Below, piece after piece: positions 28,715-43,500 of a stretch of 64,000 bases of DNA (positions are counted from its first letter, which is position 1; every line of letters begins with the position of its first letter). The position numbers and the translations under genes are program-made. Source of the DNA: Yuukianura sp. NJ FZ-2021 (taxonomy: Eukaryota); assembly GCA_046563655.1 (NCBI GenBank), contig CM102289.1:5084001-5148000 (forward strand), read 5' to 3'. The notes beneath the pieces were generated by a model. The model was not told the DNA's origin. It made no database searches and worked only from the letters and a program-made list of their open reading frames with translations.

Positions 28715-30446
28715 GCGTCCGCCCGAAACTACGCTCTCCCAGTAAATTTCTTCTAGCGAAATCGCACAAAATCGCGTAAAAAATCGCACATAGGATTATG
28801 ACTTCAGGAAAAACCGCTCGTTGAATTAAAATCGCATGAAAAATCGTGTGGTGAATTAAAATCGCGTGAAAATCGCATGAAAAATCGTGTGGTGAATTAA
28901 AATCGCGTGAAAATCGCATATTGAATTAAGTTCGTGTGAAGAATCGCATGTTGTAACAACATCGCGTGAAAAATCGCACGTTGAATTAAAATCGCGTGAA
29001 AAATCGCACGTCGAAGTAGGGTCAAGTGTAAAATCCCACGTTTGACATATTTCAAGTCAAGTTCAAGTAAGAAGTTAAGAACAGTGTTGCTGCATATCCA
29101 CTGTTTCAGCAGTCCATCCGGGACATATCCATGTGATATAGTATCAATAAATCCGGATAAAATCCAGTTTACTGTGGACGAAATTGGGCTGTTTCATCTG
29201 GAAGAAACTAATAAAACCCGGTATATCCACCACTTTCGAGTAGAGTGGCAGAAACATTTTATTCATCCACCAACACTTAAAACTCGTAGCCCGTGATAAA
29301 GATTACGTGAGAAATCCTGTTAAAATTTGAACGCCGTATGCAAGCATTCCACATGCGCCGTATTTGTAAACCTGATAGATATATTTAAAACGTTTCACGT
29401 CAAAATGCTGAAATGAGACCGAACCCCTTGCTTGCTAGGTGGCTTTGCAGTTTTACATGCTCCGGAATGTGCCATACATTTGCAACGGTTTGGAATTTTA
29501 CAAAATGGTAAGTTTTCCGTAATGGGAATTAGAGAAGCCCTGCGATTCGGCGATTCTGGCACCCCCTTGAATCGCCTGCGCAATACATCGCGATCCATTG
29601 CCTTTACCAAATGTAACTAATAATATGCATTTGCTTTCTAAGCGTATCTTTCAGCTGCTTTTACCTCCATTTACCGCGAAAAACTACTTGCAACTGCCTG
29701 TATTATTTACGAGGACGAGGACCACAGTTGCCAAAAACGGAGTTGTGCTTATGTTTCTTAACCAAAATTTATGATCTGCGTATTTACGTTACAAATTAAA
29801 CTGAAAACGGTGGAATTGTCTGCAAATATTTCAAGTTTAATGCATCGCCCAGGAGTAGCCCGCATCGCGAATCTTTTGTCCCAAAGCAGGGATTCAGATG
29901 CATCGTACGATAAGGAAAAGACGGGACCAACAGCGATTCATCGGGACATCGCAAATGGAAATATTACATGTCTCGGTCACTTTTCACAATTTCGATCCGA
30001 AAAGTCTAAAGCATCAAGCATCTGAAATGAGAGAACAGCATACGCTACATGAAAATCCTAGCAATGCCTAGAGATTTTCAACAGCCATCGTCTTCTGTAA
30101 TTTAAATTTCACTTCATCGTGACATTTGTTATGCCATCGAATTTCAGCGTGCATTTTTTCACCAGGTCTTAATTCAGCATGCGATTTTTCCACGATCTGG
30201 ATTTAATGCAAAATGTGTTAAACACACGAGTTTTAACGCAAAATACGTAAAACGTGCGATTTTTATCGTAAAATAAATTCTACGTACGACTTGTAACGCG
30301 AACAATGCTGAAATATATTTAAACGTGCAACTTTGAACAGGAAATAAATTCAAGGTGCGATTTTTAGCCTGTTCCTACTTCAATCAGATTTTTTTTCGAT
30401 TTAGTTAGGTGTATAGAACTCTGGGAACGTAGTTTTGGGCGGACGC
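28715..30446. repeat. Foldback-type module with terminal inverted repeats and subterminal AAAATCGC repeats
   Basis: GCGTCCGCCCGAAACTACG...CCCAG (28715-28742) is inverted at 30421-30446; degenerate AAAATCGC(G/A) tandem units at ~28760-29040 and reverse GCGATTTT copies at ~30180-30365; no clear TSD. Confidence 0.6.
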
Positions 30447-30723
30447 ATGGAATTGAAATTTAAATTAATGTAAATCTCGTTTCATTTCTTTCTTTTTCGC
30501 CATTGAACAAAAAAACGTCCTAAGGTCCTAATGGTGGTGCTTTAAAGTTTTCAATGTTTACGGTATAACGCTTCATAACACGTGCGAAGCGTAATCAATG
30601 TATGCGCAAAAAATTAATTGTTGCTATCAACAACTGAAATCTGTAATCAACAAGATCTTAGAGGCACTTCTTCTACTGGCTCCTTCAATTGTTTTTTGCG
30701 AAAGTTATAGTGGGATGGTATCC

Positions 30724-31016
30724 CATCGAGTTACCAAGACAATTCGATTTTTTTTCTTTTAACTAGAGTGGACATAAGGGTTTTTTTCAACAAAATTTTT
30801 GAAACATTTCTAGAGCGGATAAAAACCGCACAAACTATGAACTGCAGGTGTCTTTTTTGTGCCACCTGCAGTTCATAGTTTGTGTGAAACTCGCTTAAAG
30901 TTGAGATGAAAGCGGTTTTTATCCGCTCTAGAAATGTTTCAAAAATTTTGTTGAAAAAAACCCTTATGTCCACTCTAGTTAAAAGAAAAAAATCGAATTG
31001 TCTTGGTAACTCGATG
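30724..31016. mobile_element. Nested MITE (293 bp), P-like termini
   Basis: ~105-bp near-perfect TIRs (30724-30829 / 30912-31016) starting CATCGAG; 8-bp TSD TGGTATCC at 30716-30723 and 31017-31024; extra 22-bp internal hairpin 30829-30884. Confidence 0.92.
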
Positions 31017-31532
31017 TGGTATCCAGGGAGATTAATTTGTGCAAAAGTTGGTTGAGGTAACGATATGTGTTACTTGTAACCATTGTTCGATATTTGGCAC
31101 AACATCAACTACTTGCCATTGAGTTGTAATGAATTTTTAGTAATTATAAGCGTAAAACTTGTATAATTCCATTTTCCAATCTTTAAACCGATCTAAACTG
31201 CAGGTCTGATGATTGGTTACAACGGATGGTTACAATGGATAAATTTACTTTGTTGTCCAACCGAACTAAAACGTTGTCACAGAAAAGTAAAAAAACAAAC
31301 AATCCACCCCACTATAACTTTCGCAAAAAACAATTGAAGGGCTTCGCGGAAAAACAACCAAGCAGATTTTTGGTTTAGCGTAAGTTGCACAAAACTTGTT
31401 TGTAAGCAAAGTTGGAAACGAATTTGGAAGTGTGAAATAATTCATGTAAACTGTTTATTGATTGAAAGTCTCTCTGTCAGTCTGTCTGTCGGTCAACCGC
31501 TAAAAGATTGCCAGTACAAAACACGAATATCC

Positions 31533-34500
31533 GGACTTTTGGAAAAAGTCAGGATTAGGCTAACAAATTCATTACAGTGCATTTTCCTTTTTTATGGAAA
31601 TTTCAAAAATTCCAAAGTATTGATTTTTAAAAACACCATCACACCTTCTAACTTTCTACAGAAGGATTTTTGGAAAAAGTCAGGATTAGGCTAACAAATT
31701 CACTACAGTGCATTTTCCTTTTTTATGGAAATTTAAAAAATTCCAAAGTATTGATTTTTAAAAACACCATCACACCTTCTAACTTTCTACAGAAGGATTT
31801 TTGGAAAAAGTCAGGATTAGGCTAACAAATTCACTACAGTGCATTTTGCTTTTTTATGGAAATTTAAAAAATTCCAAAGTATTGATTTTTAAAAACACCA
31901 TCACACCTTCTAACTTTCTACAGAAGGATTTTTGGAAAAAGTCAGGATTAGGCTAACAAATTCACTACAGTGCATTTTGCTTTTTTATGGAAATTTAAAA
32001 AATTCCAAAGTATTGATTTTTAAAAACACCATCACACCTTCTAACTTTCTACAGAAGGATTTTTGGAAAAAGTCAGGATTAGGCTAACAAATTCACTACA
32101 GTGCATTTTGCTTTTTTATGGAAATTTCAAAAATTCCAAAGTATTGATTTTTAAAAACACCATCACACCTTCTAACTTTCTACAGAAGGATTTTTGGAAA
32201 AAGTCAGGATTAGGCTAACAAATTCACTACAGTGCATTTTGCTTTTTTATGGAAATTTCAAAAATTCCAAAGTATTGATTTTTAAAAACACCATCACACC
32301 TTCTAACTTTCTACAGAAGGATTTTTGGAAAAAGTCAGGATTAGGCTAACAAATTCACTACAGTGCATTTTGCTTTTTTATGGAAATTTCAAAAATTCCA
32401 AAGTATTGATTTTTAAAAACACCATCACACCTTCTAACTTTCTACAGAAGGATTTTTGGAAAAAGTCAGGATTAGGCTAACAAATTCACTACAGTGCATT
32501 TTGCTTTTTTATGGAAATTTAAAAAATTCCAAAGTATTGATTTTTAAAAACACCATCACACCTTCTAACTTTCTACAGAAGGATTTTTGGAAAAAGTCAG
32601 GATTAGGCTAACAAATTCACTACAGTGCATTTTGCTTTTTTATGGAAATTTAAAAAATTCCAAAGTATTGATTTTTAAAAACACCATCACACCTTCTAAC
32701 TTTCTACAGAAGGATTTTTGGAAAAAGTCAGGATTAGGCTAACAAATTCACTACAGTGCATTTTGCTTTTTTATGGAAATTTAAAAAATTCCAAAGTATT
32801 GATTTTTAAAAACATCATCACACCTTCTAACTTTCTACAGAAGGATTTTTGGAAAAAGTCAGGATTAGGCTAACAAATTCACTACAGTGCATTTTGCTTT
32901 TTTATGGAAATTTAAAAAATTCCAAAGTATTGATTTTTAAAAACACCATCACACCTTCTAACTTTCTACAGAAGGATTTTTGGAAAAAGTCAGGATTAGG
33001 CTAACAAATTCACTACAGTGCATTTTGCTTTTTTATGGAAATTTAAAAAATTTCCAAAGTATTGATTTTTAAAAACACCATCACACCTTCTAACTTTCTA
33101 CAGAAGGATTTTTGGAAAAAGTCAGGATTAGGCTAACAAATTCACTACAGTGCATTTTGCTTTTTTATGGAAATTTAAAAAATTCCAAAGTATTGATTTT
33201 TAAAAACACCATCACACCTTCTAACTTTCTACAGAAGGATTTTTGGAAAAATTCAGGATTAGGCTAACAAATTCACTACAGTGCATTTTGCTTTTTTATG
33301 GAAATTTCAAAAATTTCAAAGTATTGATTTTTAAAAACACCATCACACCTTCTAACTTTCTACAGAAGGATTTTTGGAAAAAGTCAGGATTAGGCTAACA
33401 AATTCACTACAGTGCATTTTGCTTTTTTATGGAAATTTCAAAAATTCCAAAGTATTGATTTTTAAAAACACCATCACACCTTCTAACTTTCTACAGAAGG
33501 ATTTTTGGAAAAAGTCAGGATTAGGCTAACAAATTCACTACAGTGCATTTTGCTTTTTTATGGAAATTTAAAAAATTCCAAAGTATTGATTTTTAAAAAC
33601 ACCATCACATCTTCTAACTTTCTACAGAAGGATTTTTGGAAAAAGTCAGGATTAGGCTAACAAATTCACTACAGTGCATTTTGCTTTTTTATGGAAATTT
33701 CAAAAATTCCAAAGTATTGATTTTTAAAAAATTCCAAAGTATTGATTTTTAAAAACACCATCACACCTTCTAACTTTCTACAGAAGGATTTTTGGAAAAA
33801 GTCAGGATTAGGCTAACAAATTCACTACAGTGCATTTTGCTTTTTTATGGAAATTTCAAAAATTCCAAAGTATTGATTTTTAAAAAATTCCAAAGTATTG
33901 ATTTTTAAAAACACCATCACACCTTCTAACTTTCTACAGAAGGATTTTTGGAAAAAGTCAGGATTAGGCTAACAAATTCACTACAGTGCATTTTGCTTTT
34001 TTATGGAAATTTAAAAAATTCCAAAGTATTGATTTTTAAAAACACCATCACATCTTCTAACTTTCTACAGAAGGATTTTTGGAAAAAGTCAGGATTAGGC
34101 TAACAAATTCACTACAGTGCATTTTGCTTTTTTATGGAAATTTCAAAAATTCCAAAGTATTGATTTTTAAAAAATTCCAAAGTATTGATTTTTAAAAACA
34201 CCATCACACCTTCTAACTTTCTACAGAAGGATTTTTGGAAAAAGTCAGGATTAGGCTAACAAATTCACTACAGTGCATTTTGCTTTTTTATGGAAATTTA
34301 AAAAATTCCAAAGTATTGATTTTTAAAAACACCATCACACCTTCTAACTTTCTACAGAAGGATTTTTGGAAAAAGTCAGGATTAGGCTAACAAATTCACT
34401 ACAGTGCATTTTGCTTTTTTATGGAAATTTAAAAAATTCCAAAGTATTGATTTTTAAAAACACCATCACACCTTCTAACTTTCTACAGAAGGATTTTTGG

Positions 34501-37500
34501 AAAAAGTCAGGATTAGGCTAACAAATTCACTACAGTGCATTTTGCTTTTTTATGGAAATTTAAAAAATTCCAAAGTATTGATTTTTAAAAACACCATCAC
34601 ACCTTCTAACTTTCTACAGAAGGATTTTTGGAAAAAGTCAGGATTAGGCTGACAAATTCACTACAGTGCATTTTGCTTTTTTATGGAAATTTAAAAAATT
34701 CTAAAGTATTGATTTTTAAAAACACCATCACACCTTCTAACTTTCTACAGAAGGATTTTTGGAAAAAGTCAGGATTAGGCTAACAAATTCACTACAGTGC
34801 ATTTTGCTTTTTTATGGAAATTTAAAAAATTCCAAAGTATTGATTTTTAAAAACACCATCACACCTTCTAACTTTCTACAGAAGGATTTTTGGAAAAAGT
34901 CAGGATTAGGCTAACAAATTCACTACAGTGCATTTTGCTTTTTTATGGAAATTTAAAAAATTCCAAAGTATTGATTTTTAAAAACACCATCACACCTTCT
35001 AACTTTCTACAGAAGGATTTTTGGAAAAAGTCAGGATTAGGCTAACAAATTCACTACAGTGCATTTTGCTTTTTTATGGAAATTTAAAAAATTCCAAAGT
35101 ATTGATTTTTAAAAACACCATCACACCTTCTAACTTTCTACAGAAGGATTTTTGGAAAAAGTCAGGATTAGGCTGAACAAATTCACTACAGTGCATTTTG
35201 CTTTTTTATGGAAATTTAAAAAATTCCTAAAGTATTGATTTTTAAAAACACCATCACACCTTCTAACTTTCTACAGAAGGATTTTTGGAAAAAGTCAGGA
35301 TTAGGCTAACAAATTCACTACAGTGCATTTTGCTTTTTTATGGAAATTTAAAAAATTCCAAAGTATTGATTTTTAAAAACACCATCACACCTTCTAACTT
35401 TCTACAGAAGGATTTTTGGAAAAAGTCAGGATTAGGCTAACAAATTCACTACAGTGCATTTTGCTTTTTTATGGAAATTTAAAAAATTCCAAAGTATTGA
35501 TTTTTAAAAACACCATCACACCTTCTAACTTTCTACAGAAGGATTTTTGGAAAAAGTCAGGATTAGGCTAACAAATTCACTACAGTGCATTTTGCTTTTT
35601 TATGGAAATTTAAAAAATTCCAAAGTATTGATTTTTAAAAACACCATCACACCTTCTAACTTTCTACAGAAGGATTTTTGGAAAAAGTCAGGATTAGGCT
35701 AACAAATTCACTACAGTGCATTTTGCTTTTTTATGGAAATTTAAAAAATTCCAAAGTATTGATTTTTAAAAACATCATCACACCTTCTAACTTTCTACAG
35801 AAGGATTTTTGGAAAAAGTCAGGATTAGGCTAACAAATTCACTACAGTGCATTTTGCTTTTTTATGGAAATTTAAAAAATTCCAAAGTATTGATTTTTAA
35901 AAACACCATCACACCTTCTAACTTTCTACAGAAGGATTTTTGGAAAAAGTCAGGATTAGGCTAACAAATTCACTACAGTGCATTTTGCTTTTTTATGGAA
36001 ATTTAAAAAATTTCCAAAGTATTGATTTTTAAAAACACCATCACACCTTCTAACTTTCTACAGAAGGATTTTTGGAAAAAGTCAGGATTAGGCTAACAAA
36101 TTCACTACAGTGCATTTTGCTTTTTTATGGAAATTTCAAAAATTCCAAAGTATTGATTTTTAAAAACACCATCACAACTTCTAACTTTCTACAGAAGGAT
36201 TTTTGGAAAAAGTCAGGATTAGGCTAACAAATTCACTACAGTGCATTTTCCTTTTTTATGGAAATTTAAAAAATTCCAAAGTATTGATTTTTAAAAACAC
36301 CATCACACCTTCTAACTTTCTACAGAAGGATTTTTGGAAAAAGTCAGGATTAGGCTAACAAATTCACTACAGTGCATTTTGCTTTTTTATGGAAATTTAA
36401 AAAATTCCAAAGTATTGATTTTTAAAAACACCATCACACCTTCTAACTTTCTACAGAAGGATTTTTGGAAAAAGTCAGGATTAGGCTAACAAATTCACTA
36501 CAGTGCATTTTGCTTTTTTATGGAAATTTCAAAAATTCCAAAGTATTGATTTTTAAAAACACCATCACACCTTCTAACTTTCTACAGAAGGATTTTTGGA
36601 AAAAGTCAGGATTAGGCTAACAAATTCACTACAGTGCATTTTGCTTTTTTATGGAAATTTAAAAAAGTCCAAAGTATTGATTTTTAAAAACACCATCACA
36701 CCTTCTAACTTTCTACAGAAGGATTTTTGGAAAAAGTCAGGATTAGGCTAACAAATTCACTACAGTGCATTTTGCTTTTTTATGGAAATTTAAAAAAGTC
36801 CAAAGTATTGATTTTTAAAAACACCATCACACCTTCTAACTTTCTACAGAAGGATTTTTGGAAAAAGTCAGGATTAGGCTAACAAATTCACTACAGTGCA
36901 TTTTGCTTTTTTATGGAAATTTAAAAAATTCCAAAGTATTGATTTTTAAAAACACCATCACACCTTCTAACTTTCTACAGAAGGATTTTTGGAAAAAGAC
37001 AGGATTAGGCTAACGAATTCACTACAGTGCATTTTGCTTTTTTATGGAAATTTAAAAAATTCCAAAGTATTGATTTTTAAAAACACCATCACACCTTCTA
37101 ACTTTCTACAGAAGGATTTTTGGAAAAAGACAGGATTAGGCTAACGAATTCACTACAGTGCATTTTGCTTTTTTATGGAAATTTCAAAAATTCCAAAGTA
37201 TTGATTTTTAAAAACACCATCACACCTTCTAACTTTCTACAGAAGGATTTTTGGAAAAAGTCAGGATTAGGCTAACAAATTCACTACAGTGCATTTTGCT
37301 TTTTTATGGAAATTTAAAAAATTCCAAAGTATTGATTTTTAAAAACACCATCACACCTTCTAACTTTCTACAGAAGGATTTTTGGAAAAAGTCAGGATTA
37401 GGCTAACAAATTCACTACAGTGCATTTTGCTTTTTTATGGAAATTTCAAAAATTCCAAAGTATTGATTTTTAAAAACACCATCACACCTTCTAACTTTCT

Positions 37501-40500
37501 ACAGAAGGATTTTTGGAAAAAGTCAGGATTAGGCTAACCAATTCACTACAGTGCATTTTCCTTTTTTATGGAAATTTCAAAAATTCCAAAGTATTGATTT
37601 TTAAAAACACCATCACACCTTCTAACTTTCTACAGAAGGATTTTTGGAAAAAGTCAGGATTAGGCTAACAAATTCACTACAGTGCATTTTGCTTTTTTAT
37701 GGAAATTTAAAAAATTCCAAAGTATTGATTTTTAAAAACACCATCACACCTTCTAACTTTCTACAGAAGGATTTTTGGAAAAAGACAGGATTAGGCTAAC
37801 GAATTCACTACAGTGCATTTTGCTTTTTTATGGAAATTTCAAAAATTCCAAAGTATTGATTTTTAAAAACACCATCACACCTTCTAACTTTCTACAGAAG
37901 GATTTTTGGAAAAAGTCAGGATTAGGCTAACAAATTCACTACAGTGCATTTTGCTTTTTTATGGAAATTTCAAAAATTCCAAAGTATTGATTTTTAAAAA
38001 CACCATCACACCTTCTAACTTTCTACAGAAGGATTTTTGGAAAAAGTCAGGATTAGGCTAACCAATTCACTACAGTGCATTTTCCTTTTTTATGGAAATT
38101 TCAAAAATTCCAAAGTATTGATTTTTAAAAACACCATCACACCTTCTAACTTTCTACAGAAGGATTTTTGGAAAAAGTCAGGATTAGGCTAACAAATTCA
38201 CTACAGTGCATTTTGCTTTTTTATGGAAATTTAAAAAATTCCAAAGTATTGATTTTTAAAAACACCATCACACCTTCTAACTTTCTACAGAAGGATTTTT
38301 GGAAAAAGTCAGGATTAGGCTAACAAATTCACTACAGTGCATTTTGCTTTTTTATGGAAATTTCAAAAATTCCAAAGTATTGATTTTTAAAAACACCATC
38401 ACACCTTCTAACTTTCTACAGAAGGATTTTTGGAAAAAGTCAGGATTAGGCTAACAAATTCACTACAGTGCATTTTGCTTTTTTATGGAAATTTCAAAAA
38501 TTCCAAAGTATTGATTTTTAAAAACACCATCACACCTTCTAACTTTCTACAGAAGGATTTTTGGAAAAAGTCAGGATTAGGCTAACAAATTCACTACAGT
38601 GCATTTTGCTTTTTTATGGAAATTTCAAAAATTCCAAAGTATTGATTTTTAAAAACACCATCACACCTTCTAACTTTCTACAGAAGGATTTTTGGAAAAA
38701 GTCAGGATTAGGCTAACAAATTCACTACAGTGCATTTTGCTTTTTTATGGAAATTTAAAAAATTCCAAAGTATTGATTTTTAAAAACACCATCACACCTT
38801 CTAACTTTCTACAGAAGGATTTTTGGAAAAAGTCAGGATTAGGCTGACAAATTCACTACAGTGCATTTTGCTTTTTTATGGAAATTTAAAAAATTCTAAA
38901 GTATTGATTTTTAAAAACACCATCACACCTTCTAACTTTCTACAGAAGGATTTTTGGAAAAAGTCAGGATTAGGCTAACAAATTCACTACAGTGCATTTT
39001 GCTTTTTTATGGAAATTTAAAAAATTCCAAAGTATTGATTTTTAAAAACACCATCACACCTTCTAACTTTCTACAGAAGGATTTTTGGAAAAAGTCAGGA
39101 TTAGGCTAACAAATTCACTACAGTGCATTTTGCTTTTTTATGGAAATTTAAAAAATTCCAAAGTATTGATTTTTAAAAACACCATCACACCTTCTAACTT
39201 TCTACAGAAGGATTTTTGGAAAAAGTCAGGATTAGGCTAACAAATTCACTACAGTGCATTTTGCTTTTTTATGGAAATTTAAAAAATTCCAAAGTATTGA
39301 TTTTTAAAAACATCATCACACCTTCTAACTTTCTACAGAAGGATTTTTGGAAAAAGTCAGGATTAGGCTAACAAATTCACTACAGTGCATTTTGCTTTTT
39401 TATGGAAATTTCAAAAATTCCAAAGTATTGATTTTTAAAAAATTCCAAAGTATTGATTTTTAAAAACACCATCACACCTTCTAACTTTCTACAGAAGGAT
39501 TTTTGGAAAAAGTCAGGATTAGGCTAACAAATTCACTACAGTGCATTTTGCTTTTTTATGGAAATTTAAAAAATTCCAAAGTATTGATTTTTAAAAACAC
39601 CATCACACCTTCTAACTTTCTACAGAAGGATTTTTGGAAAAAGTCAGGATTAGGCTAACAAATTCACTACAGTGCATTTTGCTTTTTTATGGAAATTTAA
39701 AAAATTCCAAAGTATTGATTTTTAAAAACACCATCACACCTTCTAACTTTCTACAGAAGGATTTTTGGAAAAAGTCAGGATTAGGCTAACAAATTCACTA
39801 CAGTGCATTTTGCTTTTTTATGGAAATTTCAAAAATTCCAAAGTATTGATTTTTAAAAACACCATCACACCTTCTAACTTTCTACAGAAGGATTTTTGGA
39901 AAAAGTCAGGATTAGGCTAACAAATTCACTACAGTGCATTTTGCTTTTTTATGGAAATTTCAAAAATTCCAAAGTATTGATTTTTAAAAACACCATCACA
40001 CCTTCTAACTTTCTACAGAAGGATTTTTGGAAAAAGTCAGGATTAGGCTAACAAATTCACTACAGTGCATTTTGCTTTTTTATGGAAATTTCAAAAATTC
40101 CAAAGTATTGATTTTTAAAAACACCATCACACCTTCTAACTTTCTACAGAAGGATTTTTGGAAAAAGTCAGGATTAGGCTAACAAATTCACTACAGTGCA
40201 TTTTGCTTTTTTATGGAAATTTCAAAAATTCCAAAGTATTGATTTTTAAAAAATTCCAAAGTATTGATTTTTAAAAACACCATCACACCTTCTAACTTTC
40301 TACAGAAGGATTTTTGGAAAAAGTCAGGATTAGGCTAACAAATTCACTACAGTGCATTTTGCTTTTTTATGGAAATTTCAAAAATTCCAAAGTATTGATT
40401 TTTAAAAAATTCCAAAGTATTGATTTTTAAAAACACCATCACACCTTCTAACTTTCTACAGAAGGATTTTTGGAAAAAGTCAGGATTAGGCTAACAAATT

Positions 40501-43500
40501 CACTACAGTGCATTTTGCTTTTTTATGGAAATTTAAAAAATTCCAAAGTATTGATTTTTAAAAACACCATCACATCTTCTAACTTTCTACAGAAGGATTT
40601 TTGGAAAAAGTCAGGATTAGGCTAACAAATTCACTACAGTGCATTTTGCTTTTTTATGGAAATTTCAAAAATTCCAAAGTATTGATTTTTAAAAAATTCC
40701 AAAGTATTGATTTTTAAAAACACCATCACACCTTCTAACTTTCTACAGAAGGATTTTTGGAAAAAGTCAGGATTAGGCTAACAAATTCACTACAGTGCAT
40801 TTTGCTTTTTTATGGAAATTTAAAAAATTCCAAAGTATTGATTTTTAAAAACACCATCACACCTTCTAACTTTCTACAGAAGGATTTTTGGAAAAAGTCA
40901 GGATTAGGCTAACAAATTCACTACAGTGCATTTTGCTTTTTTATGGAAATTTAAAAAATTCCAAAGTATTGATTTTTAAAAACACCATCACACCTTCTAA
41001 CTTTCTACAGAAGGATTTTTGGAAAAAGTCAGGATTAGGCTAACAAATTCACTACAGTGCATTTTGCTTTTTTATGGAAATTTCAAAAATTCCAAAGTAT
41101 TGATTTTTAAAAACACCATCACACCTTCTAACTTTCTACAGAAGGATTTTTGGAAAAAGTCAGGATTAGGCTAACAAATTCACTACAGTGCATTTTGCTT
41201 TTTTATGGAAATTTCAAAAATTCCAAAGTATTGATTTTTAAAAACACCATCACACCTTCTAACTTTCTACAGAAGGATTTTTGGAAAAAGTCAGGATTAG
41301 GCTAACAAATTCACTACAGTGCATTTTGCTTTTTTATGGAAATTTAAAAAATTCCAAAGTATTGATTTTTAAAAACACCATCACACCTTCTAACTTTCTA
41401 CAGAAGGATTTTTGGAAAAAGTCAGGATTAGGCTAACAAATTCACTACAGTGCATTTTGCTTTTTTATGGAAATTTAAAAAATTCCAAAGTATTGATTTT
41501 TAAAAACACCATCACACCTTCTAACTTTCTACAGAAGGATTTTTGGAAAAAGTCAGGATTAGGCTAACAAATTCACTACAGTGCATTTTGCTTTTTTATG
41601 GAAATTTAAAAAATTCCAAAGTATTGATTTTTAAAAACATCATCACACCTTCTAACTTTCTACAGAAGGATTTTTGGAAAAAGTCAGGATTAGGCTAACA
41701 AATTCACTACAGTGCATTTTGCTTTTTTATGGAAATTTAAAAAATTCCAAAGTATTGATTTTTAAAAACACCATCACACCTTCTAACTTTCTACAGAAGG
41801 ATTTTTGGAAAAAGTCAGGATTAGGCTAACAAATTCACTACAGTGCATTTTGCTTTTTTATGGAAATTTAAAAAATTTCAAAGTATTGATTTTTAAAAAC
41901 ACCATCACACCTTCTAACTTTCTACAGAAGGATTTTTGGAAAAAGTCAGGATTAGGCTAACAAATTCACTACAGTGCATTTTGCTTTTTTATGGAAATTT
42001 CAAAAATTCCAAAGTATTGATTTTTAAAAACACCATCACACCTTCTAACTTTCTACAGAAGGATTTTTGGAAAAAGTCAGGATTAGGCTAACAAATTCAC
42101 TACAGTGCATTTTGCTTTTTTATGGAAATTTAAAAAATTCCAAAGTATTGATTTTTAAAAACACCATCACACCTTCTAACTTTCTACAGAAGGATTTTTG
42201 GAAAAAGTCAGGATTAGGCTAACAAATTCACTACAGTGCATTTTGCTTTTTTATGGAAATTTCAAAAATTCCAAAGTATTGATTTTTAAAAACACCATCA
42301 CACCTTCTAACTTTCTACAGAAGGATTTTTGGAAAAAGTCAGGATTAGGCTAACAAATTCACTACAGTGCATTTTGCTTTTTTATGGAAATTTCAAAAAT
42401 TCCAAAGTATTGATTTTTAAAAACACCATCACACCTTCTAACTTTCTACAGAAGGATTTTTGGAAAAAGTCAGGATTAGGCTAACAAATTCACTACAGTG
42501 CATTTTGCTTTTTTATGGAAATTTCAAAAATTCCAAAGTATTGATTTTTAAAAACACCATCACACCTTCTAACTTTCTACAGAAGGATTTTTGGAAAAAG
42601 TCAGGATTAGGCTAACAAATTCACTACAGTGCATTTTGCTTTTTTATGGAAATTTCAAAAATTCCAAAGTATTGATTTTTAAAAACACCATCACACCTTC
42701 TAACTTTCTACAGAAGGATTTTTGGAAAAAGTCAGGATTAGGCTAACAAATTCACTACAGTGCATTTTGCTTTTTTATGGAAATTTAAAAAATTCCAAAG
42801 TATTGATTTTTAAAAACACCATCACACCTTCTAACTTTCTACAGAAGGATTTTTGGAAAAAGTCAGGATTAGGCTAACAAATTCACTACAGTGCATTTTG
42901 CTTTTTTATGGAAATTTAAAAAATTCCAAAGTATTGATTTTTAAAAACACCATCACACCTTCTAACTTTCTACAGAAGGATTTTTGGAAAAAGTCAGGAT
43001 TAGGCTAACAAATTCACTACAGTGCATTTTGCTTTTTTATGGAAATTTCAAAAATTCCAAAGTATTGATTTTTAAAAACACCATCACACCTTCTAACTTT
43101 CTACAGAAGGATTTTTGGAAAAAGTCAGGATTAGGCTAACAAATTCACTACAGTGCATTTTGCTTTTTTATGGAAATTTCAAAAATTCCAAAGTATTGAT
43201 TTTTAAAAACACCATCACACCTTCTAACTTTCTACAGAAGGATTTTTGGAAAAAGTCAGGATTAGGCTAACAAATTCACTACAGTGCATTTTGCTTTTTT
43301 ATGGAAATTTCAAAAATTCCAAAGTATTGATTTTTAAAAACACCATCACACCTTCTAACTTTCTACAGAAGGATTTTTGGAAAAAGTCAGGATTAGGCTA
43401 ACAAATTCACTACAGTGCATTTTGCTTTTTTATGGAAATTTAAAAAATTCCAAAGTATTGATTTTTAAAAACACCATCACACCTTCTAACTTTCTACAGA

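Noticed and set aside
31468..31495. GTCT-like microsatellite before the 131-bp array suggesting a Helentron/DINE-1 element
   Set aside because: Only ~4 imperfect units; no DINE-type subterminal IR, 3' hairpin or TT insertion site found; TIR+TSD evidence favours a P-like element
28094..31694. Short ORFs (60-92 aa) in the inter-satellite segment as genes or a transposase
   Set aside because: They overlap inverted and tandem repeats; no THAP, DDE or recombinase motifs seen
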